From Candidatus Hadarchaeota archaeon (GTDB lineage: Archaea; Hadarchaeota; Hadarchaeia; Hadarchaeales; JAGGTB01), in the NCBI GenBank assembly GCA_964384105.1, contig CAYLJV010000001.1:384001-448000 (forward strand): a DNA stretch of 64,000 bases, read 5' to 3'. Each line of letters begins with the position of its first letter. Positions within the stretch are counted from its first letter, which is position 1. Below, piece by piece: positions 57,052 to 64,000 of this stretch. The notes below the pieces were generated by a model. That model saw only the letters and a program-made list of their open reading frames with translations. It was not told where the DNA came from and made no database searches. The translations under genes were made by a program, and so were the position numbers.

Positions 57052-58909
57052 ACAAGTGAAAAAAATTGGGGAATTTGCCATCAATCATCAGGGACTTGAA
57101 CCACTTGAGGTTATAGTAGATCAACCGATTAATGAAAGAGCAATCAGTAAAAAAAGTGCTAAAGTTATATGTGTAGACTTTACTCGAAACAATAATGATT
57201 CTTTAAATTATAATGGTGTTCATACAGAAGACTATGATTTATCAAAATTGACTAAATATCTTTATCGCGATCACCCTTCACATAGATTTAGAATTACACC
57301 TACTGACAAGATCAGCACTTTGGAAAAAACATTTCGGCGAGTTGTATATTGGTTTAGAAAATTTGATGAGTATCTTTCATATGACCTTGTTAATGATTTG
57401 AAAAATGAATTGATTGAAGAGAATAAAATAAAAGAAAGAATTTTTTTGGACGTAGAGAGAATATATAATTCGTTAGGCTCAGATGCTAAAGATAATTGTA
57501 TACTTACTTTTACTTTCCAAACTAAAAAAGGCCAGAAATATCTTGGTGACTTTGAGATATTTACTACTATTTTAAAGGAAGAGGGTATGAACGAGTTTTG
57601 GGCATCGGGTGTACCTTTAAAACCAGGAACTTGTTATCTATGTGAAGAAGAAAAGGAAGTTTCAAGACCTAGAGAACCGTTTTCCTTTTATACTGTGAAC
57701 GTTAGAGGGTTTGCTCAGGATTTTAGCGTTAAAGATTCATGGAAACAATTACCGGTTTGTTCAGACTGCACTCTTATGTTAGAGGCTGGCAGGAATTTTA
57801 TGGATGTCTATCTCTCTAAACGTTTTTATGGTTACAGGTTCTACGTTTTGCCAGCTTTCATTTTTGGAGAAATAAAAGAGGATATCATGCAAGATATCAT
57901 TAATTTGAAGGAGGAGAAATATGAAGATTCCCTACTTAGTGAAGAATATGATTTATCTTATTATATGAAAGATAGAGAAGATATCGTTAATTTGATTTTT
58001 ATTTTTTATGAAGTAAAGCAAGGAGGAGAAAACTTTGATATCTTAAAGTATATTGAGGATGTTCCACCATCTTGGATAAAAAAAATAATCAATGTATTTG
58101 AAGATGTGAATTTGAAGAATATTTTCAATGAAGAATCGTTAAGGGAAATTTTTGGTAGGAAGTGGGAAGGGAGATTTATAAAAGGTGTTTATAAAGGTGA
58201 GAAAAGAAAGTATATGACTCTTGGTGGAATGCTCAGAGAATTTTTCCCGAGTTCTAAGATATCAGGAGTACACGATAAGGAATTTGTAGACATTGTCGGG
58301 AATATTTTATCTAAACAAAAATTTCAAGAGGATATTTTGATTAAAGCGTTTGTGAGGGAAATCAGAAATAGCCACGCTAATGATAATTGGAATGAAAAGC
58401 TATTAAGTTTGAAATCACTTTATTTATTGGATACAATTAAAAGATTAAATCTTCTCGATGGTAGCATGAATAAAAAAGAGGGTAAAACAGAGAAATGGTC
58501 AGAGCAGAGCAAAAGTGAGATAGAGCGGTTTTTCAATGATTTTTCAAAAGTATTCAATACAAGTTCGAAAAGAGCGGTTTTTCTAGAAGGTGTTTTGACT
58601 CGGTTCTTGTTGGATATACAGAGTCGAGAAAGGAATTCCACTCCGTTTAGGTCAAAATTGAGAGGTTTACGTCTGGATGAAAATAAGATAAAGATTTTAT
58701 TTCCAGAAATAACTGAAAAGCTGAGACAATATGAAGCACCATATTACTCTTGGCTTGAGGAGATGATTTCACAATGCTTTATTGAGGCAGATGATAGTGG
58801 TTGGAATATTAATAAAAATGAAATTAGCTATTACTTCGCTTTAGGATTGAACTTAGGAAGGACGTTCAAAAGAAAGAAAAAGAATGAGGGAGGTGGAGAA
58901 GATAAGTGA
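57020..58909 (+). CDS. cas8b: Type I-B large subunit Cas8b (Csh1-like)
   Basis: Position between cas6 and cas7; CYLC...FYTV...PVCSDC zinc motif; FLEGVL..LLDIQ....STPF; YYFALG. Confidence 0.88.
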   Translation: MGVLRWLVILKQVKKIGEFAINHQGLEPLEVIVDQPINERAISKKSAKVICVDFTRNNNDSLNYNGVHTEDYDLSKLTKYLYRDHPSHRFRITPTDKISTLEKTFRRVVYWFRKFDEYLSYDLVNDLKNELIEENKIKERIFLDVERIYNSLGSDAKDNCILTFTFQTKKGQKYLGDFEIFTTILKEEGMNEFWASGVPLKPGTCYLCEEEKEVSRPREPFSFYTVNVRGFAQDFSVKDSWKQLPVCSDCTLMLEAGRNFMDVYLSKRFYGYRFYVLPAFIFGEIKEDIMQDIINLKEEKYEDSLLSEEYDLSYYMKDREDIVNLIFIFYEVKQGGENFDILKYIEDVPPSWIKKIINVFEDVNLKNIFNEESLREIFGRKWEGRFIKGVYKGEKRKYMTLGGMLREFFPSSKISGVHDKEFVDIVGNILSKQKFQEDILIKAFVREIRNSHANDNWNEKLLSLKSLYLLDTIKRLNLLDGSMNKKEGKTEKWSEQSKSEIERFFNDFSKVFNTSSKRAVFLEGVLTRFLLDIQSRERNSTPFRSKLRGLRLDENKIKILFPEITEKLRQYEAPYYSWLEEMISQCFIEADDSGWNINKNEISYYFALGLNLGRTFKRKKKNEGGGEDK

Positions 58910-60038
58910 GATAAAAAACCGATCCGAGATAGTTTTTTTGTATGACGTGAGTGATGCAAATCCAAATGGAGACCCGCTAGATGAGGATAAACCAAGAATT
59001 GACACTCAGACAGATCAAAATATTGTTACAGACGTGAGGTTGAAACGGACTATAAGAGACTATTTGCGGGATTTCAAAGACCAGAGTATATTCATACAGA
59101 GCGAAAAAGTAGTCGAAAAAGGAGAGGAACTTATAAAATCTAGAGGGAGGAAACTCGAAGAAGAACTTATCGAACTACTTGCCGAAGAAGAGCTAGAAAA
59201 TGAGGAGAAAGAACAATTAGAGAGTGAAATACACAGTATTTTGAGTGAAAATAAAGCTAAAAAAAGGAAGGAGAAGTTTTTAAATTGTCTAAAAGATGAA
59301 AAAGAGTTCAAAGATGTTTATGAGAGATTTGAGGAGCTTAGGACCACTGTAATAAAAGAAAAAGTGCTTGACAAGTTCTTAGACCTGAGATTATTTGGCT
59401 GTACTTTGGCTGTTCAAAACATTAAGGTCCAGCAGACGGGACCAGTACAATTTAAATTTGGAAGGTCTCTTCATAAAGTTGATTACGACTTTTACAAAGG
59501 TTCAATAACAATGCCGGTGGAACCCGGCCGTGGAAAAGAGAAGGGAAAGAAGCAAGCTGAATTTTCTCAGGAGTATCGACTTCCTTATTCGTTGATCAGT
59601 TTTTATGGCATAATTAACGAAAATACTGCAAAATATACTGGACTCACTGAGGAGGATATAGACCTATTGATGGATGGGTTGTGGAACGGAACAAAAAATT
59701 TGATCACTCGTTCTAAGGTAGGACAGGTTCCACGGTTATTGATGAGAGTGGTTTACAATGAAGACAATTACCACATTGGTGATTTAGACAAAAAGATAAG
59801 GATCGTTGGTCCCAAAGGTGAAGAACTAAATGAGGAAGAACAGAAAAGAATCAGAAGCGTTAACGATTACATACTGAACATCGATAAACTGATAGAATCA
59901 TTAAAAGAAAACAAAGAGAGTATTGCCAAAATCGATTTGAACTATGACACTAGTCTTACTTTTGATATACCTGAGGGAAAAAAACTTGAAGAGTATATGG
60001 GAGATATTGAAACCGAAGTAAACGATCTAGAAATTTAG
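58884..60038 (+). CDS. cas7: Type I-B Cas7 (Csh2)
   Basis: ANPNGDPLDEDKPRID, VTDVRLKRTIRDY, DLRLFG, TGPVQF..GRSLH, TRSKVGQVPR. Confidence 0.95.
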   Translation: MREVEKISEIKNRSEIVFLYDVSDANPNGDPLDEDKPRIDTQTDQNIVTDVRLKRTIRDYLRDFKDQSIFIQSEKVVEKGEELIKSRGRKLEEELIELLAEEELENEEKEQLESEIHSILSENKAKKRKEKFLNCLKDEKEFKDVYERFEELRTTVIKEKVLDKFLDLRLFGCTLAVQNIKVQQTGPVQFKFGRSLHKVDYDFYKGSITMPVEPGRGKEKGKKQAEFSQEYRLPYSLISFYGIINENTAKYTGLTEEDIDLLMDGLWNGTKNLITRSKVGQVPRLLMRVVYNEDNYHIGDLDKKIRIVGPKGEELNEEEQKRIRSVNDYILNIDKLIESLKENKESIAKIDLNYDTSLTFDIPEGKKLEEYMGDIETEVNDLEI

Positions 60039-60763
60039 TGGAGTTGCAGATGGAGAAAGTAATCGTATTCGATATATGGGGTGATTATGCTCACTTCAAA
60101 AAAATTGAGACTACAACATCTCCTTTGACTTACTCTATACCTACAGGAACTGCGTTGGCTGGTTTGATTGCAGGGATGATGGGGTATAATAGAGATTCTT
60201 ATTACGATGATTTTTCAAGAGAAAACATAGAGTTTTCTGTAAAATTAGTCAATCCAGTAAATAAAATCAGGGTCAATCAAAACATTATCAATACAGCTAA
60301 CCCACCATACTTTAATCTTTATGATCAGGAAAATCCAAGAACACAAATTCCATATGAATATTTGAGTGAACCGAAGTACAGAGTTTACTTAGGCTTGAAA
60401 GATATAGAGACCTTTGAAAATTTGGCCGATAATCTAAAGGAACATAAAACCATCTATACCCCATTTTTGGGGCTTAGCGAACATATAGCTGATTTCGAAT
60501 TTGTCGGTGAGTATGAGGTGGTGAGAAAAGAAAAAGGAGATGTAAAAATCGACTCAGTACTCCCTAAAAAAAGAGTTGAGATTAAGTTGAGCGAAATAAA
60601 AGAGGGGATGAGATGGATGATAGAAACTATTCCGATGTATATGAATGAGGAAAGAATCGTTAAAGAATATTCTGAGATAATCTTCGATTCCAACGGATTA
60701 TCTGTTCCTTTAGAAGAGGCTGAGTATTATGAAATCGGAGAAGATAACGTAATTTTTCTATAG
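60038..60763 (+). CDS. cas5: Type I-B Cas5
   Basis: FDIWGDYAHFKK...TTSPLTY..P..TAL.GLI, YTPFLGLSE. Confidence 0.93.
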   Translation: MELQMEKVIVFDIWGDYAHFKKIETTTSPLTYSIPTGTALAGLIAGMMGYNRDSYYDDFSRENIEFSVKLVNPVNKIRVNQNIINTANPPYFNLYDQENPRTQIPYEYLSEPKYRVYLGLKDIETFENLADNLKEHKTIYTPFLGLSEHIADFEFVGEYEVVRKEKGDVKIDSVLPKKRVEIKLSEIKEGMRWMIETIPMYMNEERIVKEYSEIIFDSNGLSVPLEEAEYYEIGEDNVIFL

Positions 60764-60855
60764 TTTGTGTTAGATAATGAGCAGGCATGAAATGGATATA
60801 ACATCAGAAAGTAAAACTAATTGGATAATATCAGACCCGACGATTGTGTTGCAAT
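60764..60855 (+). CRISPR. Degenerate one-spacer CRISPR-like unit (pseudo-repeat / 30-nt spacer / pseudo-repeat)
   Basis: ...GGCATGAAAT (ends 60793), spacer 60794..60823, GATAATATCAGACC...GTGTTGCAAT (60824..60855); resembles recalled euryarchaeal I-B repeats GTTAAAATCAGACC...GGATTGAAAT. The cognate repeat is not in the window. Confidence 0.4.
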
Positions 60856-60875
60856 GATAATAATTAAAATATAGC

Positions 60876-63404
60876 TTGTTGAGAATAAAAATGAACAAAC
60901 TTAAGTCACACCCAGACAAAACACTATATTCTCATTTAAAAAATTCGGCAGCCTTGTCTGAAGAAATTGTTGGGTCAAAAAATTTCCAAAACAAGAGTAT
61001 CTATTCAACGATGGCGTATATGAATGCTACAGCCCACGATTTTGCTAAATCCACAACTTTTTTTCAAGATTGGTTGGAGAAGGGTGAAAGAAGTGAAAAG
61101 GCCAGACATGGACATCTATCCTCATTATTTGGATATTACCTGGTAGATGAATATCTTATCCAGCAGGATTTAAAGGAAGAATTCGCTAATTTACCGGTGA
61201 TATCCTTTGTTGTCATAAACAAGCATCATGGAAATTTACTGAACATCAGAGGAGGACACTCTAATTTTACTGATAAAATCAAAGACAAAGGAAATAAAGA
61301 AATAATCAAAAAACAGGTAAAAGATATAACAGAAAATCATCTCGATGAAGTGAAATCGATATATGAAGATCTATTCAGTGAAATAGATTTCGAAGTAAAA
61401 ATATTAAATTTTTTTAAAAGATTGGGTGATGATTTCTATTTTGAAGTCTATCAGGCTTTGAAAGCCTTGTCTAGAGGAGGGGGTATGGAAAAGTATACAG
61501 ATATTATGTTTTTTTATTCAGTTTTACTTGATTCGGACAAATTAGACGCCTCAGGTATAGAATCTACACCGTTGAGATGGGATAAACCATTAGATGAAGA
61601 AATAATTAATCAATATAAAGAGAGTAAATTTGGAGAACCGGAATTAGAGATAAATAAGGTACGCGAAAAAGCCTATATGGATGTGAATAACTCAGTAAAA
61701 GATATAAGTTTAGAAGATAGGCTTCTATCGATAAACTTACCTACCGGTTCTGGAAAGACTTTGACTGCACTCTCTGCGGCATTCAATTTAAGAAATAGGA
61801 TAGGAAAAGAATATAACTTCACGCCAAAGATAATCTATTCTTTACCTTTTCTCAGCATCATAGATCAGAACAGTTCTGTTTTTAGAGAAGTTTTAGCCGA
61901 GGAAGTGGGATTGGAATGGGAAAAGATTTTTGAAATGGAGGATGGTGAAAAAGAAGAGCTACTAAAAGAGCATGTTCCGTCGAACTTATTGCTTACGCAT
62001 CATCATCTAGCGGATGTGGAGTATAAAGAGGGAGGAGAGGAAGATGAGATATATAATTATGGGGGTCTTCTGGATTCACTTCTTTTGACTGAGGGGTGGT
62101 ATTCAGAAATAGTTGTATCGACTTTCGTTCAGTTGTTCCACAGTCTGATAACAAATAGAAATAGATCTGCACGAAAATTTCACAATATCACGAATTCTAT
62201 TATTATACTAGATGAAGTTCAGTCTATACCGTTCAGATACTGGAAACTCGTAAATAATATTTTAAGCATTTTATCCGAAAAATTCAACTGCTGGATTCTA
62301 TTTATGACGGCTACTAAACCATTAATCTTCAATGAAAATGAGATGGTTGAGATCGCATCTGCAAAAGAAGAATACTTTAAGTTTTTTGACAGAATCAAAT
62401 ACGAATTTGAACTTCAAGTCGAAAAATTAGATGAGTTGAAGAATCGGATTCTAGATGAAAAGGATAAAAAAGATATCATGGTGGTTATGAACACCATTAA
62501 TTCTTGTAAAACCATATATGAAGATTTAAAGCAGCGACTAAATCATCACTACTCTTGTAAGGTTGATGATGATGGGATATGCCAATTCAGGGATGTGGAG
62601 CTGATAAATCTTTCTACTCATGTCTTGCCTTCTACGAGGATGCAAAGAATAAGCCGTATAAAAAACGACAGCAAACAAAAAATCATCGTTACAACACAAT
62701 TGATCGAAGCTGGAGTCGATATTAGTGTAGATTTGGTATATAGAGACCTTGCCCCACTAGATTCCATAATACAAACAGCAGGGAGATGTAATAGGGAATT
62801 CGACAAAGGTATCGGAATTACGAGAGTTATAAAACTTAAAGATGAAAATAGCAAAAGAGAAAAAGACTATCATTCTTATATATATGATCCCACCATAATC
62901 GAGGCAACCAAAGATGTCATCAAAGAATTTGATAGAGAAGTGCGAGAAAGAAAATTCAATTTGAAAGGAACAAATAATTACTTTGAAATGATTCTCGAAA
63001 GAAAAGTTCAAGATAAAGAGGTTTTAGATGATATCGATAAGTTAAGGTTCATTGAAATATCTGATTTTAGCTTAATTGAAGAAGATGTAGAATCGATATC
63101 TTTGTATGTGGAGGTAGATGAGGTTGCTAGAAATTTAAGAAAAAGCTTAGAAGAGGAACTATTCGAAGTGAGAGGGTTCGAAAGAAAAGAAAAATTCCTG
63201 AAGTGGCGAAAGGAATTGAACGAGTACATGTTGTCTGTTAAAGGTAGTGGAGACGTAATCAACAAAATTAAGGATTTACCTCCGTTTTTAGGTAATGAAG
63301 GCATCCGAGTTATTTCAAATAAGGAAAAAGATAATTGGTTTGATCCTGAGACCGGCTTTAAAGTACCGGATTCAACTTTTGATTCACGTTTCATAACATC
63401 ATGA
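60876..63404 (+). CDS. cas3: Cas3 HD nuclease-helicase
   Basis: SHP...L..HL, HDFAK, HHG, DSDKLDA; PTGSGKT, DEVQ, TAT, TQLIEAGVD, QTAGRCNR. Confidence 0.96.
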   Translation: MLRIKMNKLKSHPDKTLYSHLKNSAALSEEIVGSKNFQNKSIYSTMAYMNATAHDFAKSTTFFQDWLEKGERSEKARHGHLSSLFGYYLVDEYLIQQDLKEEFANLPVISFVVINKHHGNLLNIRGGHSNFTDKIKDKGNKEIIKKQVKDITENHLDEVKSIYEDLFSEIDFEVKILNFFKRLGDDFYFEVYQALKALSRGGGMEKYTDIMFFYSVLLDSDKLDASGIESTPLRWDKPLDEEIINQYKESKFGEPELEINKVREKAYMDVNNSVKDISLEDRLLSINLPTGSGKTLTALSAAFNLRNRIGKEYNFTPKIIYSLPFLSIIDQNSSVFREVLAEEVGLEWEKIFEMEDGEKEELLKEHVPSNLLLTHHHLADVEYKEGGEEDEIYNYGGLLDSLLLTEGWYSEIVVSTFVQLFHSLITNRNRSARKFHNITNSIIILDEVQSIPFRYWKLVNNILSILSEKFNCWILFMTATKPLIFNENEMVEIASAKEEYFKFFDRIKYEFELQVEKLDELKNRILDEKDKKDIMVVMNTINSCKTIYEDLKQRLNHHYSCKVDDDGICQFRDVELINLSTHVLPSTRMQRISRIKNDSKQKIIVTTQLIEAGVDISVDLVYRDLAPLDSIIQTAGRCNREFDKGIGITRVIKLKDENSKREKDYHSYIYDPTIIEATKDVIKEFDREVRERKFNLKGTNNYFEMILERKVQDKEVLDDIDKLRFIEISDFSLIEEDVESISLYVEVDEVARNLRKSLEEELFEVRGFERKEKFLKWRKELNEYMLSVKGSGDVINKIKDLPPFLGNEGIRVISNKEKDNWFDPETGFKVPDSTFDSRFITS

Positions 63405-63413
63405 TGTGATAAT

Positions 63414-63619
63414 TGAGAAAAAGAAAGAGAGGGTTATGAAGAAAATACAATAATGGAAAAGATAGAGATGAGATCCTAGAAGAATTCGATATTTCATCAC
63501 AGACTGTGCGTGCTATAAAAGCTCACTTAACTATGAGAACTTATTCTTTTGAAACGCAGGATGTTATAGATGCTTTAGAAACAAATTTGATCTCGAAAGA
63601 GATTGATAAGAAACTTTAG
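63414..63619 (+). pseudogene. Possible frameshifted remnant of a small HTH-containing gene
   Basis: Removing one base at ~63451 joins KKERVMKKIQ to NGKDRDEILEEFDISSQTVRAIKAHLTM (HTH-like); stop at 63619. Confidence 0.3.
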
Positions 63620-64000
63620 GCATAACATAGAACAATTATAAACTAGATTAAGTATTGCCAATGAAAGAAAATAATTTCAGAAAAATTATAAAGTAAATAG
63701 AAAAAATCCTATCTTTTAAAAAAGAATTGAAAGAACGCTCGAGAGTAAAATTCTTAGAAAGCGTTTCTTATTCATAATCTCTAAATTTTCATTTCTCTTT
63801 AGCTTCAGCAGATCTGAATGGAATTGATCAATATTTATGAAAAAGGTCTTATATTATAATTTCGAACCATTTAGTAAGAAGAGAAAAACTATTTATCTTC
63901 TTGAGAAATCTTCCAACAAAATTTTTGAAGGAAACAAGTCATTATTTAGATTCGGATCATGAAGAATATCTTCACAAAATCTAATTACATCCGAGGAACC

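Noticed and set aside
1-64000. tRNA, rRNA, transposase or integrase genes
   Set aside because: None recognised by eye; a tRNAscan-SE/ISEScan run would be needed to exclude them formally.

Overview
Archaeal chromosomal window, AT-rich, with BRE/TATA promoters and GGTGA-type Shine-Dalgarno sites. The gene content and Glu/Lys-rich proteins suggest an anaerobic, salt-adapted euryarchaeote such as an MSBL1/Hadarchaeota-type brine archaeon; this is inference, not a taxonomic result. (1) About 1-41 kb is a catabolic/redox region: two CUT2/BMP nucleoside-type ABC systems, tandem HemL-like class-III aminotransferases flanking a MoaD/SAMP protein, two tungsten AOR-family enzymes, amidohydrolases, TenA, DUF1116 (AllG-like), thiolase-DUF35-GNAT, a TFB core-only paralog, and a GlcD-like/HdrD-like/EtfBA/HdrD-like/HdrA/MvhDGA cluster. 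(2) About 41-56 kb holds stress and housekeeping genes, a decayed heliorhodopsin and an F420 cluster (cofE x2, cofD, cofG, cofC, mer, frhB-like). (3) About 56-63.4 kb is a type I-B cas6-cas8b-cas7-cas5-cas3 module with no array or adaptation genes in the window. The most notable unexplained elements are a ~280-nt GC-rich structured ncRNA candidate with its own promoter (13.6-13.9 kb), a degenerate one-spacer CRISPR-like unit between cas5 and cas3, patchwork identity between the aminotransferase paralogs, a His-less kinase with a duplicated DHp region, and a probable ATT start codon. All calls are from reading motifs by eye; no database searches were run.
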